Positions 24,392 through 37,024 of a stretch of 64,000 nt of DNA are shown here, piece after piece. Source of the stretch: Podarcis tiliguerta (taxonomy: Eukaryota); NCBI GenBank assembly GCA_965153285.1, contig OZ229119.1. One strand, given 5' to 3'. The number at the start of each line of letters is the position of its first letter. Within the stretch, counting starts at the first letter, position 1. The notes beneath the pieces are model-generated. The model was not told the origin of the DNA. It saw only the letters and a list, made by a program, of their open reading frames with translations, and ran no database searches. A program made the translations under genes and the position numbers.

Positions 24392-25759
24392 TATGATTTG
24401 CTAATTTCTTTCTATGATTTGCTAATTTATTTCAGACAGCCATGCTGGAAAATCCCAGCTGCCCTGGGACAAGAATTCTGCATTCAGGTTGCCACACCAA
24501 GTAAGTCCACTGTCACCTGACATACCTTGGGTAGCGGAGGTAGCTCAGAAGGGCCTCAATTAAAGAGTTTAGAGGAAGCGTTCCCAAACTGTGGTCTGAG
24601 GACCACCTCAAATGAAGCCTGTGAGCTTCAGTTGGGAGGTCTGTGGTGTGTCTGTGAAAAGCACAATTTGAATTCTATGGATTTCAAATTGTAATTCAAT
24701 AAAATATAATAAAAGAAGCAATCAAAATGCAATTAAAAACTGTATCGCATCTAGCACAACACATTACAATTGCCACAGCAGGCAGAAAAAGAAGGGCTTC
24801 TCCAAGACCCTCAAGCAATTTTCAAATGATCTGTGGGAACCGCTGGCTTATAGTACAAGCAGGCACATGTGTGGACATGTGGTCCTGCAGATATTCCAGT
24901 CTCATGCCATGAGGGGCTGTAAAGACTGAAGGCAGAACTTTGAATATGGCTTGGAAACAACAATTAGTCCAAAATACATTTGTGGTGTTGTTAACTGTGA
25001 CTGGAGGTTATGACCACAGTAAGCCCTTGCTTTGCCAACTGCACTGGCTCCTAGTTCAGCTCCATGCTCAATTCAAAGACAGTTCCACAGTCTAACATGT
25101 TACAGCAGTCTAATATGGAGATTAGCATGGCATCAATCACTGAGGCCAGGACATTGCTGTCCAGGTAGGGTTGCAGCTAGCATAAAAGTTGAAAGCTAAC
25201 CTACACTTCTAATGACAAAAAAAAAAAAAAAGATCATTTAGCACCCACAGACTGTCCAGTCACTGCTGATTGAGCCAGATGGACTTTGGTCTGATCTAGC
25301 AAGTCAAGCTTTATGTGCAGCCGTGTGCCAATACACGCTAGTTAGTTTTTAAGGGCCAGATATTTTTGTACAAGAGGCAAAAAATGCAAATCCCCCCCAA
25401 CTACAAAAATATAAAAAATCCTAATTAGTAGGTAAGTAAAAACTTTAAATTTGCCTTCTTTTAATGATGCTTGTCATGTTGTCCAAAGCATCTGCCCAAT
25501 ACAACACTTTGTGATATGTGATACACAAATGTGCTTGCTGTGTTAAAGCTGTGATCTTATGAATGTGTACCTGCAAATGAGCCCCACTTAATGCCTTGGC
25601 CCTCCTTTTTTCTGAGGAAACACGAATAGGATTGTGTTGTTCTGTGTAGGGCTAGGTGACCATAGGGGCTTTATTTAAGGCAGTCCCGGAAACAGTTCTA
25701 AATGCCAGGATTCAGTTGGGAAACGTGAGGAAGAGTGACAGAATTAGTATCTGAACACA

Positions 25760-27100
25760 CACATTTGGGCCTTTGACCCACTCCATGAGTAACCCAAAAG
25801 CTTTCAGAATGCTGCCCTGAGTCATTTTTTTACTCTTAAAGCAAAATGTAAAAAATCTCTCTCACACGGAAGGGCGCGAACACACACTCTCTCTTTCCTA
25901 CACTGGAGCTTGTGTTGATGAGAGAAAAATCAGCGTAGGAAATAACGAGGCAGTAAAATGGCACTGTCTTTGAAAACTGCACTGTAAAAGCACATTGTTT
26001 TGTGGCGAAGCTAGCTGCGTCTGAGCCGCTCTGACTCCAGCCCTCACCCCGCCCCGCGCTTCTCGCAACGCTGAGGCATCCTGGGCCAGCGAAGAGAGAG
26101 GCTTCTCGGGGGCAAGCGAGGCTTCTCTCGTGCCCAAAGCTCACCTGGGCTGAATGCTACAACCTGGCTCCCTGCCAGCTCTCAGCCAAACGTGTCATAT
26201 GTGAAGCAACAATAGACGGTGTGCCCTGAGCGGGCGGGCGGGCGGGCGTGCATTTCTCCCTCCATAGGCAGCTCCCGATCTTCCGGGATTGTGCGAGTAA
26301 AAGGCTTCCACTACAGAGGAGGCAACTTTCCGGGCGGACTGGCTGCGCTTTCTCTCGTGCTTGCCTTTCGGAGTAACCTGGTTTTGTTTTGTAACGGGAG
26401 GGCCAGCCCCTTTCAGAAAACGGCCCAGTAGCAGAGAGGTCGTCGTCTTTTTATCCATTATGTGCTCTCGTTTTCTGAGCCTTTCCACTTTCGCGTCCGC
26501 CGTGGCGTGACTTTGCTTCTGCCCCGTTGCAAGGGAATGTGCAAGAGAGAGGTTCGCTGACCTTTGACAAAACATCCCAAGATACTGGGTTAAGAGAGGG
26601 CAAGCTTTGTGCAAAACCTGTACATTTAAAATCGGGAAATGGAAAAAGCAAATGCTTAGCGTGTAGCATTTGGTAGGGCTCCTTTAAGAAATCGACTAGC
26701 TTTCTCCCCCCCCCCCCCTTTCTTTTTATGTAATCACTGAAGGCCAGGGCGAGGCTTCGTCAGCCCGTGAATCAGAAAGCTCGCTTCAGACCGTGCTCGC
26801 CCAGCTTTCTTATCTACATTAATGTACACCCACAAAGTGCTGCATGCATGTGCCATGACCGGGAGCCCTGGCTTTCAGAGACTACTCTGGCTAGGCTGGG
26901 GGAGCAGATGTGATTGTTATTCAGTCAGGGCCTCCCCCCCCCCCTTCTTCCTGAAAGGCATGAAGGAAAAGGATAATGCAGTTTACCATTTGCGACGATA
27001 GCCAATCAGGTTAGAGGCAATTTTACTCTCAGCCAGTGGAACAACTGGTGATGGCTGTCTCGGCCAATCAGATTCATTCCTGAAGCTCCACTTCAACTCC
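25760..27100. promoter_or_regulatory. Orphan CpG-rich regulatory cluster (putative enhancer or unannotated promoter)
   Basis: Local CpG enrichment outside any repeat I recognise; AP-1, two DR1-like, (GGGC)4, TEAD-like and two CCAAT motifs. Confidence 0.6.
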
Positions 27101-29099
27101 CATAGGGAGCTGGTTAATTGCAGGTTAGTGGATGCCAAGATCTGTTCCTTTTCGCCTAGTGTTCCTTCTCTCTGGCAATCGAGAAACATCACCTCCTGCC
27201 TCAGCCATGGCTTCTTGTTTGTCAAGAAGAGATTAACCTGGAAATAAATAGAAGGCAAGCTCGCATTCATTTAATTCTGGCCTTCTAGAGCTCAAGAGCA
27301 AAATTCCCCAGCCTTTCTGAGAGGGAGAAAAGCGTCACAATCTAGGGCTTGTATACATAGAGTAGTGCAGTCCGATAAGAGTCCGATAAAAGATCATATA
27401 TCTATCATTTGTTAGATGGCATTAAAATAGGTTTCTAGACACTACCTATATCAAGTCATTTAGGATTATTGTACACAGAAGTAGATGATTACATGCAGCC
27501 TGTCCAGAAAATAATTTTCAGTGCACGCTTTGCAAATTTTGCTCTTAAAAGAACTACTGGGCTTGTCCGCATCAGAGCAAAATATCGATTTGCGCCTGCT
27601 TGTCTCCCCATTAATGTGCAGGTGTCCCTGTGACATCTTCCTCTTCCCAGTATTGGTCTGGACCTTACCTTCTTTTAAATGTGGGGATTTTCATCTGGCT
27701 GCTTCACACTTTCCAAGAATCAACCCCCCACCTCACATTTAAAGGTGAAAAGGTCCAGGGCAACACAGTGATGGGAAGGATGCCATATGAACAGTCCTAC
27801 ATTATTGGGGAGACAGGCAGGTGGAAACTCACATTTTGCTCCAGTGTTGACAAACCTACTATGGAAGCAACCCTCACCCTCCAAACAGTGAACTGAGTAG
27901 CTGAGAACTATTCCTAATTTGAAAGGGGAAAAGGACAGTGTTCTGTTTTCACATTCCCCAATATAACTAAGTTACCAAAACCAAATTAAAACAAAAATAG
28001 AGCATTGGCTGGACCACCTTATATAGATGAAAAAAATAATGACTCCCGGACACACTGTCATTAAGAGCCTTTTCAAGGACCTGATTCTGTCTAACATGGC
28101 ACAGCCAGCACTGAAAACCCACCACTGTGCAGTAAGCTGAGTATCCTAGCCCATGGTTGCTTAGTTATCTGCATTATATTACTACAAAACAGTATTTTAC
28201 AGTCATTGATTCTTGTGTGGCAAAGAGTGGTGTCTTTACTTTGTGGTGAGACTTCCTGCTATTCCTGGCTTCCTGCTATTCCTGCTAACATTGAATATGG
28301 TAGATATTTCCTCAAATGATAGTTTTATTTGTTAAGTTTCTTACCTGCCCTTGTAACGTCCTAGGTTGGGTTATAGCAAGACAATTAAAAACAGATAAGT
28401 AAAAACATCTTACATACAATTATAAAAACAAAACAATTCTATTCAAAAGAGGTACAATGCAGTATAGATTAACACAGAAGCGATAGATCCTACAAAAATA
28501 CATTAACTGCCAGGTGCCATTGTAAATAGGCTAGAATCTTAATTTCCCAGCACTCTTAAGAAACTACAGTTCCCAAGATTCTCCATGACAGTTATGAGTG
28601 CTTCAAATGTATTGTGTGGTTGTGACCTAAGCTAAGGAATGGCTTGCTTTCCCTGCTTTTCTCTGTCCCCCCCCCCCCCACTTCAATCATTTTTCTGCAA
28701 AGGATATTTATATGTGAGCTAGGGAGAGTTCATTAAAAAATAAACAAAGCCATGCTATTATTAAACATTACATGCATATTTGGAAACCAATGCATATAGC
28801 ATCATTGTGAGCATGTTAGCTTTTAAGCCTGTAGGAGCAGAATAAATAATCTCCTTTAGTAAAGAAACACCCAGAAAGTGGTAAAACTCTGCAGCAGTGC
28901 ATGGAGGGATAGGCAGAATGAAGATATTCAGTCTGGGGTAAAAAAGAGTCTGTAACGTGGAATGGAGCAACAGAAATCATGGAATACCCCCCCCCCCAAA
29001 CAGCAGCAATTGCCTACATTGCTGCATTTCTGTACACATTTAAAATACAAGCAACCTTCCCCACATCTGGTCATCTGTATTCCCCCTAAGAATACAGAC

Positions 29100-29345
29100 A
29101 GCAGGACCATCTAATGAAGTTGAATGTTGGAAAATTCAAGACAGAAACAAGAAAGTACTTCTTCACACAGCACATACAGTAGTTAAACTCTGGCATTTGA
29201 TCGCACAAGTGGTAGTGATGATCTCCAACTTGGATGGCTTTAAAAGAGGAATAGATAAATCCATGGCAGTTAACGCTATGAGTGGCTGCTGGCCACGATG
29301 ACTATGTTTGACCCCCGCTGTCAGAGGCAGCATGCTTTTGAGTAC
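29100..29345 (+). mobile_element. CR1 LINE 3' fragment
   Basis: AAGTACTTCTTCACACAGC...GATGGCTTTAAAAGAGGA..AGATAAAT.CATGG signature. Further CR1 tails lie at ~24150-24291, ~33600-33680, ~60470-60740 and ~61958-62000. Confidence 0.75.
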
Positions 29346-30189
29346 TTTGAGCTTTTGAGATTGTGGACAAGTGGTAAGAACTTTAACACCAATACAAATA
29401 TGCCAAATTGGAATTAGCAAATCTTGCACTTTGGAAAGTGGTCCGAATGAATTGTGGGAGTAGCTTACTACAGAAAATAATTGTTTCTCATGACATGTTC
29501 ATTTGCATTATTGATCTTGCTATACCTATTAAACACCCAGAGACCACTAGATAAAAATGATCTATATTCTGGCTGACTGGATCTTGCATTCATTTGAATT
29601 AGTGAGAGGCAAACTCCCTGGGCTAATTTTCTAACTTCATTCAGGTAACTGAGCTATTTTCCTTAAAGGTCATATAATAGCTCAGTTGTTTCAAACCCAA
29701 TTCCAAACGTTTTAAAAACCTGTTGCACTTTCAGTTACATCAGTGGGAGCGCTAGGGGGGTCTGAATTCTCATGAGATTCTCTCTGCTGCCACTGCAGCA
29801 GCTGGGGAGGAGGCAGTTATAAATTCTTTTCTGGGTCAGATTACAATCCAAGCTGGACAAAAACTATGGGGCTGTAACACTCACCTGAGACTGGAGGCAA
29901 GCATTATGAATTGTCAAGGTTTGTATTCTGAACTAGGGAGCTGAGGACCGCAACAACATTGGTAATTCAAATGGATTATGTATTGTGATCTACATAATAC
30001 TGTGATACACATGCAGACATTTCTTGCATTGTTTGGACATTTTAGCATTGCATGTACAACAAAAAGCAAACAAGGAAAATCCTTCTATTCTATGTATATC
30101 TATTCCCTTAACAACACAATCCTATGCATGTTTACTCAAAAGTTGTCCCATTCCGTTTAATGGTACCTACTTCCCCATCATTCAGCCCT

Positions 30190-30468
30190 GACCCTGAGGT
30201 CCACCTCCAAGGGTCTTCTGGCGGTTCCCTCATTGTGAGAAGTGAAGTTACAGGGAACCAGACAGAGGGCCTTCTTGGTGGTGGAGCCTTCCCCGTGGAA
30301 CGCCCTCCCATCAGATGTCAATGAAATAAAGAACTACACAACTTTTAGAAAACATCTGAAGGCAGCCCTGTGTTGGGAAGTTTTTAATCAGTGACATTTT
30401 ATTAAGTTTTTATATTCTGCTGGAAGTAGCCCAGAGTGTGGCTGGGGCAATCCAGCCAGTTGGGTGGG

Positions 30469-30511
<43 letters not shown>
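30190..30511 (+). mobile_element. L2-type LINE 3' end with (ATT)n tail
   Basis: AGGGCCTTC..GGTGG..CC...TGGAACGCCCTCCC...CTGAAGGCAGCCCTG L2 3' signature ending in (ATT)n at 30471-30511. Confidence 0.75.
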
Positions 30512-30512
<1 letters not shown>

Positions 30513-30544
30513 CAGGACTGCAGCATTAGTGACATTTCATCAAT

Positions 30545-30645
30545 CTACTGAAGAAGGCTCTGCCCTATACAAGCTTAGACAACAGGAATATTTTTAGTAG
30601 AGGGTGCCAGAAGAGACTGTTTTGTTTTTGCTTCTAAAGACTGCT
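30545..30645 (+). mobile_element. Degenerate Penelope-like terminal fragment
   Basis: CTGAAGAA...AAGCTTA...TTAGTAGAGGGTGCCA...TTTGTTTTTGCT resembles the same end; the GAAA core is lost. Confidence 0.4.
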
Positions 30646-31135
30646 CTGAATAACTGTGGTTTGAAATTCTTGGCAACTTTACCAACACCAAAAGGTCCCA
30701 GGCTGAGTTAGAACAACAGAATATACAATCATGGAAATGGAGAACACCATTACAATGATAAAATAATTGAAGCAACTAAAGATGCTAGAAGCACCTCTGT
30801 GGAAAGGGAGTTCCACTGAGAAATCCCTCTCCTGAGCTGCCATTCCCTACACTTTTGAGCGTGGCAGAACTACCAAGAGAGCCCCCTCTGCTGATCTTAA
30901 CAACCAAGGAGGTTTGTGTAATAGAAATGGGCTAAAGACCTTTCAGTCCCTTTTACCATGTGCCAGTCTGGGTAGCCTAGTCATGCCAAAAGTTATCAAG
31001 TAGACTTCCACCAGATCCCTTATGCTCCCCCTTTAACTCTGAATTGGAGTATTTTCTGGGGGTCGAAGGCAAACACTTACAATAGTAAGCAGTGATAGCA
31101 TCCAGCTTACTTCTCTCTCCCCAGCAATCAAAATA

Positions 31136-31371
31136 CAGTGGTACCTCAGTTTACGAAGTTCCGGAAGTCCGTCCGTTCTTAAACCGAAACCATTCTTAAA
31201 CCAACATGTGCTTTCCCTAATGAGACCTCTCACCACTGGTGCCCTTCCACCATTCGGCATCCGTTCTTAGACCGAGGTAAAGTTCGCAAACCGTCCACTG
31301 CTTCTGGTTTTGCGGAGTTTGTAAACTGAATTGTTCGTAAACAGGGCTGTTCTTAAACCGAGGTACCACTG
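31136..31371. mobile_element. Tc1/mariner (pogo/Tigger-like) MITE
   Basis: TIRs CAGTGGTACCTC / GAGGTACCACTG flanked by TA. Confidence 0.9.
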
Positions 31372-32404
31372 TAGCTGGCTTTTGTCTGTCTAACCCTAGG
31401 CAAACTATGGCTTGCTACAAAGGATCAGAAGTTACTAACTGTTGTGTACAAGAGAAGTGAGAAAGATGGAATAAACAAGCCTGAAGTTCAGCACCCTTCT
31501 TGTTTTGTATTGTAAGAGCATGGTTTGACATTATGTTTGAATGACCCATATAACTACCATCTTCAGCCCAACAAGGAATCTGGAAATATGGAGTACATCG
31601 TCATCCGTATTTGTCATGTTACCCAGCTCTATTTCGGCTTTCCATAGATCTAGCTGAAGCAGTGACACCTCTGAACAGGTGCCTGGAATCATTGAAGGAA
31701 CAGATGGTTTGAAATAAACGTAAAGTCAGTCCAGATTATGCTGTTACACAAGAAACCCCAGTACAGGTTAGCTGGAGAATATCTTGTTTGGGTAGGATTG
31801 TACTCTTCCAGAAGAATACGTTTTGGGGCACTTCTGGGCAGTGTTGCTTATACAGCCCCAAATAGCTGTGGCATTTGTTGCCTTAATATTTGCTTGGTTC
31901 ATTACATACATTCACTATTGTAACGTAAGTATGTAGCCACTGTAATTCATACCTTGGTGACATCCAGATTAACCTGATGCACTCTGTGTGACCACCCTTG
32001 AAGCATGTAGACTTCTCTTACGTTAAAATGCTGTCAGCCTACACTTTTTTGACTGGAAGTCAGCAGGAACATATTCTGTCAATTTGTACCATAACTGAAT
32101 TGACTACAACACAGTTCAACTCAAAAGTGTGATTTCTGACCTTTAAAGCTCTACATGGTCAGGGACTGAAAATGGCTCAGGGATTTATTCTCCAGCTGCT
32201 ACCTGCGATTTACAAGAGAGGGCCTATTCAGTGTATTCTTTCTGAATGCCAGATTAGTATCCACTCGGAACAAGAACTAAGAAATAGTTGCCCCAAGAAT
32301 ACTGTCACTCCTCATCAGTTTCCTTTGGGAAGCAAGCAAGTTTTCTTCCTTTTTCTAGCTTTTGAGGCCTATTTGGTAAAAAATGCTGTCTTATGCTGAC
32401 TGGT

Positions 32405-32586
32405 TGTCCATAGCTCAGTGATAAGGGCACCTACCTAGCATGGAGAAAGTCCCAGCTACAGTCCCAAGCATCTTCTGGTAGGGCTGGGAATGTTCTATCT
32501 GAAACTCAGGAGAGACACTGCCAGTCAGTGTGGCCAGCGCTGCGCTGGACCAATGGGCTGGCTTAGTATAAGGCAGCATCCTAAGA
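32405..32586 (+). mobile_element. tRNA-derived SINE (Squam3-like)
   Basis: A-box TAGCTCAGTG; CTGCCAGTCAGTGT and CR1-like tail AGTATAAGGCAGC.TCCTA. Confidence 0.7.
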
Positions 32587-34084
32587 CAATTCTCTGCTGC
32601 TTGTGTTGATTTTCATTGGTTATCCATGCCATGTTTATTAATTTTTATATTGGAATTTTATATTGTACACTACTTTGTGAACTAATAATAAAAAGCAGCA
32701 TATAAAAGTGGGCGAATACTGTTACTTTACTGTTTGTTTTTTAAATGCTTAATTTTCATTCACACCCAGTTGTTTTATCTCAAATTGTAATTTGGGGAAT
32801 AGAAGGGAAGAAAATAAAAAAGGGCAAGACAGTAACACTCCACAACTCCGGCATGTGAATCAATGACAGATAATCTCTTTGTACAAAGCAACCGGTATGA
32901 CAGGTTGTGTCACTTAGTAGCTCTACGTGTTTTTATTTCCCCCCTCTTCTCTTTCCTTATCCGAGTTCCATTCATGAGAGTTCATTTGTATTGTATTTGC
33001 AACCTATTTTCATTATTCAATTCAAGCAGCGCGTATGCTTAGCACTGCTTTCTAACATTGTGACAGAATGAATATGTAAATTTGTTTTTCAGGGTTGAAT
33101 TTAAGATCAGATATGTAATTGTTCAAGGAAAATTAAGACCATTTAAATCTCTGCTCAGTGGATGATTCATAGTTCACTGTGACTTACAGGAACAACCAGT
33201 AAAATTGCATGCAACCTATCTGGCTGAAGATGGAGACAGTCAAAGGCCTTGGAACCGGGCCATTGCCAGTGGGTAGGGGAAGAAAGTGCTGCACGGAGCA
33301 GGCACCTGAAGAACAGGAAGTGTAGGAAAGACAGGCTTTTGTCCCTTCTTGATTAATCAGCCTGTAGTGAACCTAAAACCATTTTCCTTCTGGACTTGAT
33401 ATTCTTATGTACTAAGTAACACCAATATCGGTATGCATATTCATATAGCTTGATGCCCACTACTGAAATTCCCAAGTGCTAACTTGAAAGTCCCTTAGAA
33501 TCAAACCTTATTAAGCACCTCTGTGTATCTGCATGTTCCTCTAGTTTTTTGTATATATAGTTACAAATGTATTGGATGGCCACCAGTCATGGATGTTTTA
33601 CTTGATATTCCTGCAATGGAGGGGGTGGAACTAGATGACCCTCAGGGTCCTTTTCAACTCTACGATTCTCTGATTCTAAGTGTAACTTGAATGCTTGTAT
33701 CACAACCTTTTATTATAGAACAGCAAACTGTTTTACCTGCAGGGGGATATTTGAACACCTCTCAGTGAAAAGTATTGTGCACAACCCTGCAGCATCTATT
33801 ACAGACTGGCCACCTCTGGCAATATTTTAAAAGAATTAACAGTGTGACCACAATAAAAGTATTTTTCAAAAGGTGCACCTCTCCGTATTGTTATGGAGCT
33901 AAGGGATTAAACTGTTTGCCTTCAGTATTTCAGCTTGGAATCAAACTCCACTAACTAGAAATTTGTTTGTGACAAAATACAGGCGTAGTAGTAGAGGTAC
34001 GGTCTCCAGTCTGTCAACATGCTCAGAAGAGAATAGGACCATGAGATCTTACCCAGTAGTTCCTTAAGCTTTTCGAAATCAGCC

Positions 34085-34460
34085 TTCTTAAAGAATGCAT
34101 GTCCGACTACACTCAGCTTTCCCTTGCCTCTGTATCATGAAACCCAGTAATTCCACTTTGTTGATCAGTTCCTTCCTGCTGGTGAGGACCAGGTGCAAGA
34201 TAGATGAACCCTTTGTTACTTCTTCCATCTTATGGGAAAGAATGAATTGTTTGACCTTGCATTCTTGGCAGTTTGAGTGCCAACAGATAGCAGGGTTGTT
34301 GAAGTCTCCCACGACTACTATAGGTCTCCTTTTTGAATGTTTGGCAATCAGCTATAGGAAGGCATCATCAAAGTCTTCAGGCCTGTATGGAGGTCTATAG
34401 CAGACACCCACAGTAAGGTCACTGTTATTTCCTTCTCCTACAATTTTTACCCATATAATC
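34085..34460 (-). mobile_element. CR1 LINE ORF2 endonuclease fragment
   Basis: MGDFNxPxICW and T.GSSIL.LVLT motifs; upstream VGVCYRPP. Confidence 0.85.
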
Positions 34461-35454
34461 CATTGCTCCAGCTGCTGACTGACAAGAGTCCAGCACAGAT
34501 TTCTGGACTAAATTTTGCAGTGGAGTTCCAGACAACTTATCTGAAATACTATGGGACTGTGCTCATGTGGTAACCGTATTAAGACTGTTAAAACTGCAGA
34601 GAGTCTCCTTTGGTGGAGATGAGCTTCTAGTCTTTCCTTATCAGCTGAGTCAAAACAGCTGCTCTCTCCCAGCATCTGTCATCCAATTAAAATATATGGT
34701 TTTTAAGCCCACGTAAAAGTAAAATTAAAACAGATAAAACAGATATGCTCCTTGCCTTTATGTTGCAATTAACATTGACAGCTGAGCCAACTGACTTTAA
34801 AACTATTCAAAACAAAACCAAATGAAAGCAGACCATAGAAGCTCAAGGGCAAGCTGCCTTACTTGTTGTCATCTTCAACTGGAAGTTGAAGTAATGAAAT
34901 ATCCCTGCTAATGCTGGATTGAAAAATGCAAGAGAAAACGTTTATTTCTCTTCTAAAGAGTGCTATGTCCCTGCCACTGTTAAATCAATAAAAAGGCACA
35001 AGAAAAACCAACGTTCACATAGCTTTACAGTGAAATTTCTTTCTGGGTTCAAAAGTTCAGATAACTTTCTTAATTAGAACAGTCCACCTCTGGAAGTATA
35101 TGCAGTCATTTTTGGCTGAAGCAAAAGCAGCGCCAGTGCTTCAAAATGATATATAGATATGCTTTTTTACAAAATAATGAAACATTTGTATAACATAATG
35201 ACATCCCCAACCTTTTCTGGTTAAGTCTTCTTCAGGGGCACTTCTCAAGACAATTTCTCAATAAAGGCAACTACTTTTGAAGAGAATGTCCTAAACGAAA
35301 TTTTTACCAAAATGCATTGCAGATTTTACTGTCTTATAAAGGTACATGTATGTGTAAATTCAAAAAAATCAAAACATGAAAGTAACTATGAGAACTTTCT
35401 TCATTTGACTTTGTAAACTCAAGGAATAACATTATCTGACAGGAGACAAACATG

Positions 35455-35460
35455 TTTATT
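35455..35460 (-). terminator. RBX1: RBX1 proximal poly(A) signal AATAAA (second candidate at 34941-34946)
   Basis: AATAAA about 145 nt after the stop, followed by U/GU-rich sequence. Confidence 0.65.
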
Positions 35461-35602
35461 ACTATTCACAATAACTATTTTAAAGTGAAAACAAAGAGCA
35501 AGGTAAATGTCTATTAAGTTACACAGACTTCATCAACCTGCTTGAAAGACGAAAGGCTTATCTGAAGACAGAACAATAAAACTGGTGGTCTTCTCTCTCC
35601 TA

Positions 35603-35615
35603 CTAGTGCCCATAC
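35603..35615 (-). CDS. RBX1: RBX1 exon 5 coding part (13 nt; ..YGH*), total CDS 327 nt = 108 aa
   Basis: TAG|G TAT GGG CAC TAG TAG. Exon lengths 78+79+71+86+13 = 327. Confidence 0.96.
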
Positions 35616-36913
35616 CTAGAAAGAAATTTATTCTCGTTTTAGAACTCAGCCACAGTTATCAGTACATAATCAGCTTTTAAATACACTCTGAAGTTGGCTA
35701 GCTGTAGGATCTATGGAATGCTATCTGCAAATCTGGAGACCATCGGGTCTAGATAACATGTTAGAGATGTGCCCATACCACCTTTAAGTTCACTTAATCT
35801 GTACAGGCTGGTTATTCTGCTATTACAAAGATGGTGATCAGATTTAAAAAGCAATGAATTAGTAGGAAACAGACATCATACCCCTATCACATCTGGTAAT
35901 TGTCTATTGCAACTGACCCAACATATAATCAGGGTGGGTGGGTGTGTATGTATGCGCACAGGGCATATCTCAGAATTTAAATGTGTAGCAGACCTACACA
36001 TATCCTCTAGCATAGGGCTAGGGAACCTCTGGTCTTCCATATATTGCTGGACTACAACTTCCATCATCCTTGACCATTAGTCATACCGGCTGGAGCTGAT
36101 GGGAACTGGAGTACAACTGCTAGAGGGCCATAGGTTTGCCACCACAGCTCTACCAAGCAAACACTCTTCTCCAGAACTATATTTACCTGTCACTTTTGCA
36201 GAGTGAAGAGATGATTCAGTCTTATTAATTCATATCTCAAAGTGCTTAGGGGGCAATGTTTAATAGGCGAAGCCTACCTTATATATAAGTATTTGTGTAA
36301 TGCACAAATGTTATGTTATGTTAACTGTAACATAGACAAAGTGGACAATTTCCTGATATTACACAAATTCCACATGCTTCTTACTACAAGCAGTGAGCTT
36401 ACACATGTCACCTAATATAACATGCTTTTGGCCAGAAATAGTAATAGGTCCAGCTAACCTAGTCAGAACTTTAAGACAGAGACCAGTAATCTAATGCTGC
36501 TCTTTGGTTCTTCATAGCAAATCAGTGCTCAACATGCCAAGTTTTCTATTAAAATATACTTGATCAACAACAGCGTGTCTTAAAAAAAAGGGAACACTGA
36601 ACAGATCCCTTGGTAGAAGGGAAGCCCAATTTAAATGGATTTGAAAACCCAAACTACTCATGCAATGCGATGTAAACTATGCTTTCATTCAATGCCACCT
36701 TTCTCTGTTGTCTAAAGGGATATTAAGAACTATGCTAACTTGCACTTGTTCACCTACATCTTTGTAAGGCAGATGCAGTGGTGGGAGGCAGAAATTCCTG
36801 TTTCAGATTCAAGGTGAGCTGTAACTACATTGAGAATGCCTGTTTTGAATTAAGGGGTATAGCATGGATGCTTAACTCTACTCCCCTTGCTAACAAAAGG
36901 CATAAGATACTTA

Positions 36914-37024
<111 letters not shown>

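Noticed and set aside
35546-35572. GAAA...CTGAAGA in the RBX1 3' UTR (antisense) resembling a permuted hammerhead
   Set aside because: No room for helices I or III and no complementary helix II.
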